A stretch of 63,800 nt of DNA, the filler included. It is 6 parts of 6 records of this genome, joined end to end, with 100 filler letters (N's around TTAATTAATTAA, not from the genome) between each part and the next. Parts side by side here need not be neighbours in the genome. Positions count along the whole stretch, not along the records: positions 1 to 16,295 come from SRR31147125_8329; positions 16,396 to 33,394 come from SRR31147125_8331; 4 more parts are not named here. The stretch is one strand, 5' to 3'. Shown here in pieces: positions 9,423 through 19,660 of this stretch. The position numbers and the translations under genes are program-made. Numbering within the stretch: position 1 is the first letter of the stretch; the number at the start of each line of letters is the position of its first letter. The notes under the pieces were generated by a model, which was not told the DNA's origin, did no database searches, and saw only the letters and a list, made by a program, of their open reading frames with translations.

Positions 9423-11411
9423 CTAGTCTTTCAATCGTGCCAGGACCATAGTCAAATCATCATGCTGTGGTGCATTTTGTACAAAATTGTTTATCTCTCT
9501 TAGTATATGCGATTTTAGCGCATCAGTTTCATTAAATTTTGCTTTTATCAGGATCTTTGCTAAATTTTCTTCACCAAACTCTTCATGCTGGACATTCATT
9601 GATTCAGAGATACCATCAGTATAAAAGAGAATTGTATCACCTTTATTCACATGCACCGTGAGCTCTTCAATATTTTCGCCAAACACATGGTTATCAATTA
9701 ACCCAAGTCCCAGCCCATTTGGAATTAATAATTCAATATCATTTTGAGGATTATTACGTTTTATCATTAAAGCGTTATGCCCGGCACGAATAAAAGAAAG
9801 TGTACCGTTTTTCAGATCCAGCACAGCATAAATCATGGTTGCAAATACATTGCGATCTACGTTATTATAAAGCCGATGATTAATTTCACAAATTAATTTC
9901 CGAGGAGATTCTATCAGATATACCAGAGATGACATCATGCCTTTTATTTCTGCCATATAAAAAGCAGCAGATGTGCCTTTACCAGATACATCTGCTATCG
10001 CAATTCCAATTCGATTATTGTCCAATATGAAATAATCATAATAATCACCACCTACTTCAGCAGCAGATATACATACACCGGAAATATCCAGGCCAGCCAT
10101 TTTTGGTTCGGACCAGGGTAATAATCTTTTTTGAATTTGATGAGCAATTTCAAGTTCTCTTTTTAAACGTTCCTGTTCTGTTAATTCTACAAGCAATAGG
10201 GCATTTTCAATAGCCAAAGCAGCCTGCCCTATCAAGGTTTCCAGAAACCGTATTTCATGTTTACTATAAACAGACAAATCCTCCTTTTCTGATAACAATA
10301 AAAATCCGAAAAGTTTTTCTTTGCCGACGAGCGGTGAAACCAGACTTATGGGTTTTAAATCAAGTGATTGTTGAATAGAATCCAATACTATTTTAAAACC
10401 TGGCAAATCCTGAAACTTTTCAATGGATCGAGGTTCTTTTTTCCCAAATAAACCCTGATAGCAATATTCTTTAATCGAAAATTCTTTTTTACCATAGTCC
10501 TGCTTTGGATGTACAAACGCCACACGGGCGGTGTAATCCGATATATTCTTGTCAATTAAAAAAAGCGCTCCGGATTTAGCTCCCAATGCAGCGGCAATGG
10601 CTTTTGTGACCACCCGACAAATATTTTCAATCTCGATATTAAATTTTAACTCTCGAGCAAATTTTTCAATGGCCGCTTTTTCTCTCAATTCGGAAATCAT
10701 AAAATTAAAGGAATTAGCCAACTTGCCAATTTCATCTTTTCGTCGACTCTTGAGAGTATGGCTTAGATTACCTTTTGAAACAGCCAACATGGCAGTGGAT
10801 AATTTTTCAAGTGGTCTTGTTATTCGATGGCTCATCAGAATTGAACCAAGAATTCCAATAAATAAAAAAAGCGTTAACAAAGCCAGATTTATTAAAAGTC
10901 TCTCACGCACCATATTATTAAAATCGATTAATGAAAATCCCACATCGACATTACCAAGAAATTCATCACCCCATCGAATATCAATTAATTGATGGTCAAA
11001 ATCATGTTGACTCTCCGCTGCAATATGCCCATGCGACAACATCTCCACAACATCAATTTTTTCTTCATAACTGAGATAAATTTTACTTCCCAGATCAACC
11101 CAGCTATCGTTTAAAGCAAAAGCAGCCAGGGAATCCTTTTCATTAAAAATAGCAATATAAACTAAATCCTGACCAAAGTCAGCTTCGATGATATTATCAA
11201 TCCAATCCTGATACACATACCATCCCTCTGTTTCAGCCAGTCGAATGGATGCAATTTGCTTTGCAATTCGTCCCATATTTTCAGAGAGCTCATTTCGCTG
11301 CGTTTTTATCTGTTTGAGCGTAAAAATGTATGTCACCATGGCCATGACAGCAATAATGAGAATGACAACACCCAGTGAAATTTTGGCCCAAAGGCTATTA
11401 AATACGTTCAT
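9423..11411 (-). CDS. Membrane HAMP-GAF-SpoIIE (PP2C) phosphatase, RsbU family
   Basis: Two TM helices, HAMP (DEIGKLANSFN), GAF, and VGGDYYD, IADVSGKG, YTDGISE, DDLT motifs. Confidence 0.92.
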   Translation of the reverse strand: MNVFNSLWAKISLGVVILIIAVMAMVTYIFTLKQIKTQRNELSENMGRIAKQIASIRLAETEGWYVYQDWIDNIIEADFGQDLVYIAIFNEKDSLAAFALNDSWVDLGSKIYLSYEEKIDVVEMLSHGHIAAESQHDFDHQLIDIRWGDEFLGNVDVGFSLIDFNNMVRERLLINLALLTLFLFIGILGSILMSHRITRPLEKLSTAMLAVSKGNLSHTLKSRRKDEIGKLANSFNFMISELREKAAIEKFARELKFNIEIENICRVVTKAIAAALGAKSGALFLIDKNISDYTARVAFVHPKQDYGKKEFSIKEYCYQGLFGKKEPRSIEKFQDLPGFKIVLDSIQQSLDLKPISLVSPLVGKEKLFGFLLLSEKEDLSVYSKHEIRFLETLIGQAALAIENALLLVELTEQERLKRELEIAHQIQKRLLPWSEPKMAGLDISGVCISAAEVGGDYYDYFILDNNRIGIAIADVSGKGTSAAFYMAEIKGMMSSLVYLIESPRKLICEINHRLYNNVDRNVFATMIYAVLDLKNGTLSFIRAGHNALMIKRNNPQNDIELLIPNGLGLGLIDNHVFGENIEELTVHVNKGDTILFYTDGISESMNVQHEEFGEENLAKILIKAKFNETDALKSHILREINNFVQNAPQHDDLTMVLARLKD

Positions 11412-11435
11412 ATCAGATTATAATGTACCAGTCAA

Positions 11436-12800
11436 TTAAAGGTTTGTATTTTGTTCTCTAGTCCATTGTTCCAATTCAGTGCACAAGGAATAACTATACT
11501 TTTTCGACCAAATTGGATAGATCGTTGTATTTGTAAGTAACGGATCTTTTAGTATATGTAAATAACCAAAGGCAATGGCCTTTTGCCAATCCACTGTATG
11601 TGGAATTGGTGAAAAAGAAGCCAGCTTCACCTTGCCTCCTGAATCTAAAACAAACCTGACACTATCTTTCACCTCGTCTACTTCCTGATCCGGCAGACCA
11701 AATAACACATAGATACCAATCTGATCCTTTGTAAAACCGGCATTTTTTAAATTGGCAAGAGCTTGTTTTAGATTTTTATTAGATACTTTAAAAGACATTT
11801 TTTTTTGTCGATGTTCATCAGAAGATTCAAAGCTAAGCCGAATGGTTTGAACACCCGCTTTATACATGAGACTTGCCATTTCCGCATCAATATAACGAAT
11901 GTGCAAACCATTTGGGGTATGCATTTTGATTTTCCAGTTATTATGAATGATACCCTTTAAAACAGGTTTAAAATAATCTTCAGATTTATGCAATAAAGCA
12001 TCATCATAAAAAACATAATGTTGAACATGATGCTTTTGATACCAATATTCAAGCTCTTTTAAAACAGAATGTGGTGATCGACGCCGATATTCCGGGACAA
12101 GTTTTTTTGAGGCGCAAAAACTGCATTGATACGGACAACCTCTGGATGTCTCAATGGCAATAGACTGCAAATCAGGATATAAATCAAAAGCAGGATAGGG
12201 TAAATTATCCGACATTTCTTCACATTTTCCAAACAGTTTAGTGGAAAATAAAGAATCCAAATGTCTCATAATCTTTTTTTCACCCTCTCCTGAAATCAAA
12301 TAATCAGGTGCAATATTCAGTTTAGCATGATCTTGCATAAGGGTTGCATATATTCCTCCAAGAAAAATGGGCACATTGGGAAATTTTTGCCGCAAAATCT
12401 TAACAGAATCACGAATTCCAGGATACCAATAAGTCATATAGGACGTTATAAGGATGGCATCAGGAAACGGAATTCTATCCAGTAATTCCGTAAAACATTC
12501 CAGGGGAATACCATAACGACAGTATTTCCTGGGTATATCTTTAAGGATTGAAGGTTTTTCAACTTCTTGTCTGAAATATTTACCGGTCCCATTTTTCTTC
12601 GTTCTGGTTTTCCATTTAGAATCCACTTGTTCAAAGACAGGATGCTGCCTGTCCAAACAGTCTATAAGATAAGTTTTGTAACCAGCCTGACGAAGTACAG
12701 AGACAATTTTTAAAAGGCCAAGGGGTTTATTCCAAAAATCATAGGCGGCAAAATCATAGATCCAGGGATTTATTAACAATATATTTTTAAAACTATTCAT
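11436..12800 (-). CDS. B12-binding domain radical SAM protein
   Basis: TSRGCPYQCSFC (CX3CX2C); N-terminal cobalamin-binding domain (PLGLL, LGGIYATL). Confidence 0.9.
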   Translation of the reverse strand: MNSFKNILLINPWIYDFAAYDFWNKPLGLLKIVSVLRQAGYKTYLIDCLDRQHPVFEQVDSKWKTRTKKNGTGKYFRQEVEKPSILKDIPRKYCRYGIPLECFTELLDRIPFPDAILITSYMTYWYPGIRDSVKILRQKFPNVPIFLGGIYATLMQDHAKLNIAPDYLISGEGEKKIMRHLDSLFSTKLFGKCEEMSDNLPYPAFDLYPDLQSIAIETSRGCPYQCSFCASKKLVPEYRRRSPHSVLKELEYWYQKHHVQHYVFYDDALLHKSEDYFKPVLKGIIHNNWKIKMHTPNGLHIRYIDAEMASLMYKAGVQTIRLSFESSDEHRQKKMSFKVSNKNLKQALANLKNAGFTKDQIGIYVLFGLPDQEVDEVKDSVRFVLDSGGKVKLASFSPIPHTVDWQKAIAFGYLHILKDPLLTNTTIYPIWSKKYSYSLCTELEQWTREQNTNL

Positions 12801-12806
12801 AATATT

Positions 12807-13985
12807 TTATTTAATATCTGCTATCATAAGCATAATATCATCGCGTAAATCAACTTTGGCATATTGATGCACATCATTCACAATTTCATGTGCAGCCTGC
12901 TCAGCGTCATGGCTATCGTATTTTTGTAACGATTTTTTTAATCCTTTAAGGCCAAAAGGCACTTCATTTTTTGATTCTGTTTCAACTATACCATCCGTAT
13001 AGATTATAATCCTGTCATTTGACTGAATAGATTCTGCACCCTCGTAAAATTCGTCAATATCTGAATCTTGAAAGCCTATAATTTGATTTTGTGAATCAAA
13101 TCTGACAAATTTTTGACCATTCTGCCTATAAATAAGCCCGGCAGGATGAGCACTACCGGAATAATAGAGCATTTTGTTAGAAAGATCAATCTTTAGAGAC
13201 ATTACCGTGAGGAATATACCAGTTTGACTAAAAGATTGACAATAAAATGCATTCAAATTATAAATAATTTCCCTAGGCTGCAGACCATCGCGCATAAAAT
13301 TTCTCAATTCACTGCAAACACGATTGACCATCAAAGCAGCGGAAATACCATGCCCGGTAACATCAATAATACTGAGATAAATATTACCTTGTTGATCATC
13401 AAAAATATCAGCAAAATCACCACCCAGACCAATCATTGGCAAATATTCAACAGCCACAGTAATTTCGGAATTTTCAAAAGTTTTTGGAACAAGGCTGTTT
13501 TGTACTTGTTTCGCTAAAGACAGGTCTCGTTCTATCATTTGATGATAACGATACAGTTTTTTCTGGTGTTCCAGCAACATCTCTGAAAGTCTTTTCCGCT
13601 CCAGACCATTTTTTACTTTTAACAATAAACTCTCAGTATTAATTGGTTTTGCTAAATATTCATACGCCCCCTCTTTCATCGCTTTGACAGCTGTCTGTAT
13701 TGTGCCATGTCCTGTTAAAATTAATACTTGAAGATTTTCATTTTTTTCTTTGGCTGCTTTGAGAACATCCATTCCCCCCATAGATGGCATATGTAAATCG
13801 CTAATGACAAGATCATAGTCGTGATCTTTTATCATATCAATAGCCATCTCGCCACAAGTAGCTACTTCCACGATATAATTTTGTCTTGTTAATATTTCGA
13901 CTAAAAGTTTTCTGATATTTTTATCATCATCGGCAAATAATATTTTTATTTGCTCATTATTATCCTCGATACACATTGTTCCCAC
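12807..13985 (-). CDS. Response regulator receiver + SpoIIE/PP2C phosphatase
   Basis: REC domain (ADDD, SDLHMP, LTG, KP) fused to GGDFAD, DVTGHG, YTDG, DDI. Confidence 0.92.
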   Translation of the reverse strand: MGTMCIEDNNEQIKILFADDDKNIRKLLVEILTRQNYIVEVATCGEMAIDMIKDHDYDLVISDLHMPSMGGMDVLKAAKEKNENLQVLILTGHGTIQTAVKAMKEGAYEYLAKPINTESLLLKVKNGLERKRLSEMLLEHQKKLYRYHQMIERDLSLAKQVQNSLVPKTFENSEITVAVEYLPMIGLGGDFADIFDDQQGNIYLSIIDVTGHGISAALMVNRVCSELRNFMRDGLQPREIIYNLNAFYCQSFSQTGIFLTVMSLKIDLSNKMLYYSGSAHPAGLIYRQNGQKFVRFDSQNQIIGFQDSDIDEFYEGAESIQSNDRIIIYTDGIVETESKNEVPFGLKGLKKSLQKYDSHDAEQAAHEIVNDVHQYAKVDLRDDIMLMIADIK

Positions 13986-14240
13986 ATGTCCTTCATTTCA
14001 TCATTATGCGATTACATTTTCTGTATTTCCCAATTATCGCTCACCTTTATTTTATTAAAAATGACCACTAGTAATTTCATATCCTTTTAATACTTATGTA
14101 TAAAATTCATAATTGCTTTCAAACTAATGAGTAGGAAAAGCCATTAAAATGAAGGCACAGAAGGAGTGATTTTTTCAAATATGGTAAATATCATAACACT
14201 TTTTATGGACTCGAGGAGCCACAATTCCTACTGTATCTGG

Positions 14241-16004
14241 TTAATTTAACACTCGAAAAGCCAGCATTGTAACATCATCACTTTGTATAGTACCTTGAGA
14301 AAAAGTTCGAATTTCATTAATAATGAGATCAATTATGTGCTCTACGCTGGAATTTCTATTATGGGCCAGCATTTGTTCAATTCTCCATTCCTCAAACTCT
14401 TCATCTTTTAAATTTTTTGCTTCAGATACGCCATCGGTAAACATAAGTACAAGGTCGCCCTCTTTTAAATTTAATGTTTCAGTTTGATAGGGCACATTTG
14501 GCATCATTCCGAGCAAAAGTCCTCCTTCATCCAGAGTTCTCTGACTACCATCTGTTCGATAAAGATAAGGAGGATTATGTCCAGCATTAACATACGTTAA
14601 TGTATTTTCTATTGTATTTATTTCAGCATAAAAGAACGTGATAAACTTGTCATAGCCGGTATTTTCATAAATCATATTATTGATCCGCCCCACCATTGAG
14701 CCAATGTCGGTATGGGTTGTGACTAAACTACGCAGCCCGGCCTGCAGGTTGGACATCAGTAGAGAAGCAGGTACACCTTTCCCGGATACATCAGCTATTG
14801 CAATAGCCAGACGATTTCCATCAAGTTGAAAACAATCAAAATAATCTCCACCCACTTGTTTGGATGGAATGTTAATCCCTAAAATTTCATACCCCTGAAT
14901 ATCCGGATAGGATCCGGGAAACAATCGTTGTTGGATATCCCGGGCAATGTTGAGCTCTTCTTCCATTCTTTCTTTTTCCAGAGCTTCCTCAAATAGCCTG
15001 GCATTTTCCAATGAAATCATGGCACGATTACATAAAGTTGATAAGAATTCCAGTTCGTCAGCAGTATAGGGATTCCTTGTAATTTTATCACCTAATATAA
15101 GAACGCCTTTTACCTGGTCCTGAATCCGCATTGGCACGACAACCTTGAGGCTTAATTTCTGCAAAACTTGAAGATTTTTACTTAATTCTTCTTTATCTAC
15201 CAAAAAAGGATGGCGAACAGAGCGAAGACTTTTTAAAAAACTTTTTGATTGCAATGCCTTGTATTCTTTTGATTCAGCAAGGATACCTTTGCTTTCTCTT
15301 AATTTTAAAAATTGCTCTTCCAATATAAAAACAAAACACTTGCTGACCAACATCTCCCCCATGACTGCCAGGCTGAGCAGATTGATAATTTTTTCTTTAT
15401 CAAGGGTAGAATTGAGTTCTTTTCCTATATCAAACAAGGTATTGAGTTCCTGGATTTTTTTGTCCAGTCTGCGATTGACCGTTTCTAATTTTTGAAACAT
15501 CAACGCATTTTCAATAGATGTTGCCGCCAGATTTGTCAGGGAACTAAGATATTCCATTTCAGAATCAGAGAAAGGTGTTTTCCCTAATTTGGGCCCTAAA
15601 CCTAACAGACCTACTGTTTTATTCGTACTTAGGAGAGGAAAAAGTATCTCAATACCAAGTTCCCCTATATTCTTTTTGCATTCATGATCTATATTATCAA
15701 GATTATCCACCATAACAGGTTTCTTAATCTGTTTACAAACACGAATCGTACGATTTAACACATCAGCAGATATGCCTTTAACAATCCTTATAACAAACTC
15801 TTCTTCTTTTTCAAAAGTGAGTACGAGACCTTTGGTGATCATCATACGGCCCATTGGAGTGAGCAATAGATTATTTAATATAGTTTGTAATTCCAGCGAG
15901 GAGTTTAAAACTTTACTCATTTCAAAGAGTGACTTTAATTCCACCATCCTTTGATCATTTTCACGAGCGATTTCATTACGTTCGGACTGTTTGCCCACGC
16001 TCAT
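14241..16004 (-). CDS. GAF-GAF-SpoIIE (PP2C) phosphatase, RsbU family
   Basis: Two GAF repeats ending in IENA/LENARL; VGGDYFD, ADVSGKG, FTDGVSE, DDVT. Confidence 0.93.
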   Translation of the reverse strand: MSVGKQSERNEIARENDQRMVELKSLFEMSKVLNSSLELQTILNNLLLTPMGRMMITKGLVLTFEKEEEFVIRIVKGISADVLNRTIRVCKQIKKPVMVDNLDNIDHECKKNIGELGIEILFPLLSTNKTVGLLGLGPKLGKTPFSDSEMEYLSSLTNLAATSIENALMFQKLETVNRRLDKKIQELNTLFDIGKELNSTLDKEKIINLLSLAVMGEMLVSKCFVFILEEQFLKLRESKGILAESKEYKALQSKSFLKSLRSVRHPFLVDKEELSKNLQVLQKLSLKVVVPMRIQDQVKGVLILGDKITRNPYTADELEFLSTLCNRAMISLENARLFEEALEKERMEEELNIARDIQQRLFPGSYPDIQGYEILGINIPSKQVGGDYFDCFQLDGNRLAIAIADVSGKGVPASLLMSNLQAGLRSLVTTHTDIGSMVGRINNMIYENTGYDKFITFFYAEINTIENTLTYVNAGHNPPYLYRTDGSQRTLDEGGLLLGMMPNVPYQTETLNLKEGDLVLMFTDGVSEAKNLKDEEFEEWRIEQMLAHNRNSSVEHIIDLIINEIRTFSQGTIQSDDVTMLAFRVLN

Positions 16005-16295
16005 TATTTTTCCTCTTTTGTTTCGACCATACTTGAATTTTTCTTATTGATAAAATACTTGACCATTTTAACTTGATTTTTAACACCCGGTTTGATATCA
16101 TAATCGACCTCATCCATGAGTGTACGCATAAGGTAAATTCCTAATCCACCAACCCTTAATTCAGCCAAATATTCTTTCAAGTTCGGCAATTTGATCGAGC
16201 CGGGATCAAAAGCTTTACCATGATCCGTAACAATAATCGTTAATTTCTGATAATCGATTTTGACCGCTATATCCAGGTGTTTCGTGTGATTTTTT
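16004..16295 (-). CDS. rsbW: Anti-sigma factor serine kinase RsbW-like (3' part; 5' end cut by contig end)
   Basis: IVTDHGKAFDP...GGLGIYLMRTLMDEVDY (HATPase_c_2 signature). Confidence 0.85.
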
Positions 16296-16395
16296 NNNNN
16301 NNNNNNNNNNNNNNNNNNNNNNNNNNNNNNNNNNNNNNNTTAATTAATTAANNNNNNNNNNNNNNNNNNNNNNNNNNNNNNNNNNNNNNNNNNNN
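16296..16395. other. Artificial contig spacer
   Basis: N44-TTAATTAATTAA-N44; the linker gives stops in all six frames. Confidence 0.99.
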
Positions 16396-16455
16396 GATTG
16401 GTAGACTATCAGTTGTAGAACTGGTTAAAATGATAGAAAATCCTAAAACTTATAT
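16396..16455 (+). repeat. Left copy of 60-bp inverted repeat (partner at 33335-33394)
   Basis: 59/60 identical to the reverse complement of 33335-33394. Confidence 0.95.
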
Positions 16456-16522
16456 CTATAAAGAAGTGTTAGTGAAAGGTCATTTACAAAAGGGTCAAAC
16501 CGTAAAAACCCCAAATGAATAA
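16396..16522 (+). CDS. LacI-family transcriptional regulator, 3' end only
   Basis: IGRLSVVELVKMIENPKTYIYKEVLVKGHLQKGQTVKTPNE*, a typical LacI C-terminus. Confidence 0.75.
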
Positions 16523-16655
16523 GGAAAAACACTTACTTTATATTTTTTGGGGTTCAGTTCAGTATTACTGGATTTTTCAAACTATTTTTCAGTCTATTCA
16601 AAAAGCGAAAGAAACAATTGAGAAACTCTTTCAAAAATTTTCAGACTTGTAAGTG

Positions 16656-16684
16656 TTGACATTTGATAAGTTTTTTATTATCAT
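16656..16684 (+). promoter_or_regulatory. Sigma-70/SigA promoter of the PTS operon
   Basis: TTGACA-17 nt-TATCAT directly upstream of the RAT. Confidence 0.8.
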
Positions 16685-16694
16685 ATTTATGTAC

Positions 16695-16757
16695 GGATTG
16701 TTACTCCCAGCGAGGCATTACCTAGATTTGCTAGTTATGCTTATGGGGAGTTTTTTT
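16695..16757 (+). promoter_or_regulatory. RAT (ribonucleic antiterminator) overlapping an intrinsic terminator
   Basis: GGATTGTTACTcccagcgAGGCATTACC resembles the BglG/LicT RAT consensus; alternative stem ACTCCC...GGGGAGT followed by a T run. Confidence 0.85.
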
Positions 16758-16776
16758 GTTTTATTGAGGAGTCGTT

Positions 16777-17600
16777 ATGAAAGCTATAAAAAAATCAATA
16801 ATAATGTTGCGATTTGTGTAGATAGTAACCAAAAACAGTTAGTTGCTTTTGGTAAAGGTATTGGTTTTCCAAACATGCCTTATGAAATTACTGACTTAAA
16901 CAAAATCACCATGACTTTCTATAAAATCGACCAAAGTTTTTATCAGCTAGTTTCAGAGATTCCGGATGATATTTTAGAGGTAGCTGCTTTACTTACTTTC
17001 AAAGCTCAATCAACTTTAAAAACTCCATTAAATCCTAATTTAGTTGTCGGTTTAGCTGATCATATCAATTTTGCTATAATTCGATTACGTAAATTTAAAA
17101 AAATGAAAATGTTATTCTCATATGATATTGAGCACCTTTATCCAAAAGAAACAGAACTTGGTAAGTATGCAGTTAACCTCATATGGAAAAAACTTCATGT
17201 TAAACTTCCAGATAGTGAAATAACAAGTATTGCTATCCATTTCGTTAATGCTGAGGAAGAACATGAAAATTTTGAATCCTTACACTATGAGGATTTAATT
17301 AAAAAAATAATAAAATATATCGAAAAATTCTTTAAATTGTATATTAGTGAAAATGACTTTAACTATAATCGTTTCGTCATGCATTTACGATACTACTTCC
17401 AACGTATTCAAAATGAAGACCAATTTTATAATAGTGCGAAAGAACTTATTGAACCTATAAAAAATAATCATCCAGCTATATTCAAATGTGCGAATGACAT
17501 CGCAAACATCATTGAAAAAGATCTTCAAATTACTTGTACTGAAGATGAAGTCTTATATTTAATGATTCACGTTTATAGAATTATCCAAAGCAAAAATTAG
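16777..17600 (+). CDS. BglG/LicT-family PRD antiterminator; frameshift in A7 at 16788-16794
   Basis: GAGGAG RBS + ATG at 16777 gives MKAIKKINNNV if one A is added; CAT domain (GKGIGF) and two PRDs with four conserved His. Confidence 0.9.
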
Positions 17601-17609
17601 ATACATAAA

Positions 17610-17670
17610 GGATTGTTACTCTCAGGAGGCATTACCCGTATGGCACCAAATTGTGTCACGGGTTTTTTAT
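17610..17670 (+). promoter_or_regulatory. Second RAT + terminator, upstream of the PTS permease
   Basis: GGATTGTTACTctcaggAGGCATTACC overlapping ACCCGT-ATGGCAC...GTGTCA-CGGGT-TTTTT. Confidence 0.88.
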
Positions 17671-17693
17671 ATATATATACATAGGAGGAAAAT

Positions 17694-19124
17694 ATGGCTC
17701 AAAAACAAGAAAAATTTAAAAAAATTGCGCAAGATGTCTTAGACGCAATAGGTGGCAAAGAAAATGTTGCAGGTGTTACACATTGTATGACACGCCTTAG
17801 ATTCAACTTAAAGGATACGAGTATTCCAAATATCGAAGACGTAAAGAAAATACCACATGTCATAGGTGTTTTATCAGCTGGACAATTTCAAGTAATCATC
17901 GGTGCAGATGTTGATAAAGTTTATAAACATCTTTGTGCTATCGGAGGTTTTACATTAGAAAGTAAAGTCCCTGAAAATTTAGATGGAGTAAAAAAACCTT
18001 GGTCATTTAAACGTATAGGAAATGCAATCCTCGATGGGTTATCAGGATCGTTAGTTCCAATTATTCCATACCTTATGGCATATGCTTTGTTCCAAGTCAT
18101 AACATCACTCATAGGACCAATGGTATTTGGATGGGCAGATGTAGGCGATCCACTATATGATCTCTTTGCGATGGTAAGTAATGTTGGATTATTTTTAATC
18201 CCCGTCGTTGTTGCAGGAACTGCAGCCAAAAAATTTGGTGCAACACCAGTTATTGCAATGCTATTAGTTGGAATTTTAATTTACCCGGGATTCACGAGTA
18301 TGGCTGGACAGGAATGGAGTGTTTATGGAATTAAAATAACACCAGCAGATTATTCTGGTACAGTTATACCATCAATCATCACTGCATGGTTATTAAGTTA
18401 TGTTGAAAAATTCTTTAAGCAAGTCTTACCAACAGCATTAAAAATTGTTTTTTCTCCAACACTATCAATTTTAATAATGTTACCTATTATGCTTGTAGTA
18501 ATTGCGCCACTTGGAGGATTTTTAGGTGATGTCATTGCTGGTAGTTTAATCAAATTGGATGGCACAGTATTTGCATTACTTGGTATAATACTATTAGGAG
18601 CTTTCTGGCAATTATTTGTTATGACTGGTATGCATTTAGTTGTTATTGTAGCAATGGTTACTGTTTTTTCTACAAATGGATTTGAGGGTTTCGTTTCTCC
18701 AGGTGCACTTGCTGCAAGTATGGCAGTAGCTGGTATGACTTTAGGAGCAGCACTTAGAATTAAGAATAGAGAAGAGAAAAATTTATCATTTGGTTACTTT
18801 ATTGCATCAATTTTAGGTGGTGTCACTGAACCTGGTTTATATGGTACAGCTATCAAATTTAGAAGACCATTTATTGGCTTAGCTATTGGTGGTGCAGCTG
18901 GTGCACTTTATGGTGGTCTCACACACATTACTGCATATTCACTTGTACCAGTAGCTAGTGTATTGAATCTATTGGCTTTTAGTGGTGGTTCTACTGCTAA
19001 TCTAATCAATGCGATCATTACTGCAATTATTTCCGTTGGCGTTGCAGCTGCAGTAACATATTACTTTGGTTTTTCTAAACAACAATTAGTCGAATTAGAT
19101 AGTAATCCTAATAATCTAAAATGA
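17694..19124 (+). CDS. PTS beta-glucoside/sucrose-family EIIBC
   Basis: THCMTRLRF EIIB motif; GMH and GVTEPGLYG EIIC motifs. Confidence 0.93.
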   Translation: MAQKQEKFKKIAQDVLDAIGGKENVAGVTHCMTRLRFNLKDTSIPNIEDVKKIPHVIGVLSAGQFQVIIGADVDKVYKHLCAIGGFTLESKVPENLDGVKKPWSFKRIGNAILDGLSGSLVPIIPYLMAYALFQVITSLIGPMVFGWADVGDPLYDLFAMVSNVGLFLIPVVVAGTAAKKFGATPVIAMLLVGILIYPGFTSMAGQEWSVYGIKITPADYSGTVIPSIITAWLLSYVEKFFKQVLPTALKIVFSPTLSILIMLPIMLVVIAPLGGFLGDVIAGSLIKLDGTVFALLGIILLGAFWQLFVMTGMHLVVIVAMVTVFSTNGFEGFVSPGALAASMAVAGMTLGAALRIKNREEKNLSFGYFIASILGGVTEPGLYGTAIKFRRPFIGLAIGGAAGALYGGLTHITAYSLVPVASVLNLLAFSGGSTANLINAIITAIISVGVAAAVTYYFGFSKQQLVELDSNPNNLK

Positions 19125-19137
19125 AGTTTGGTGTCCT

Positions 19138-19647
19138 ATGAATCTTTTTAACCGTTTAAAAAAAGTAAATCGAAATATTGAAATTGAAACAAAACCTTTG
19201 ACAGTGTATCAGCCTGTCGAAGGTGTAGTTTCACCTATTAAAACACTTGATGATGGTGTTTTTTCAGAAGGAATTTTAGGCGAAGGTTGTTCAATTAAAC
19301 CCATAAATCAAATTGTTTATGCACCATTTGATGGTGTTGTAGAAACAGTTGCTGAAACAAATCATGCTATTGGTGTGAAAAGTGATGATGGTTTAGAATG
19401 TTTGATTCACATTGGAATAGATACTGTTGACATGAATGGTAAAGGTTTTAAAGTATATGTTCATAATGGACAAAAAATAAAAGCTGGCGAACTTCTTATG
19501 GAATTTTCTATAGAGACTATTCAAAAACATGGCCATTTATCTGATGTTATCGTTGTTATCACAAATACAAATGATTATAAAGATGTAATTTTATCAAATC
19601 AAGGTACAACAACTCCATTAAAAACTTTATTAGAAGCCATAAAATAG
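19138..19647 (+). CDS. PTS glucose-family EIIA
   Basis: DGVFSEGILGEG, HAIG, LIHIGIDTV. Confidence 0.93.
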   Translation: MNLFNRLKKVNRNIEIETKPLTVYQPVEGVVSPIKTLDDGVFSEGILGEGCSIKPINQIVYAPFDGVVETVAETNHAIGVKSDDGLECLIHIGIDTVDMNGKGFKVYVHNGQKIKAGELLMEFSIETIQKHGHLSDVIVVITNTNDYKDVILSNQGTTTPLKTLLEAIK

Positions 19648-19660
19648 AAAGAAGGTAACT

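Noticed and set aside
16653-16776. N-terminal extension of the antiterminator given by the ORF track
   Set aside because: It overlaps the promoter, RAT and terminator; the RBS-supported start is 16777
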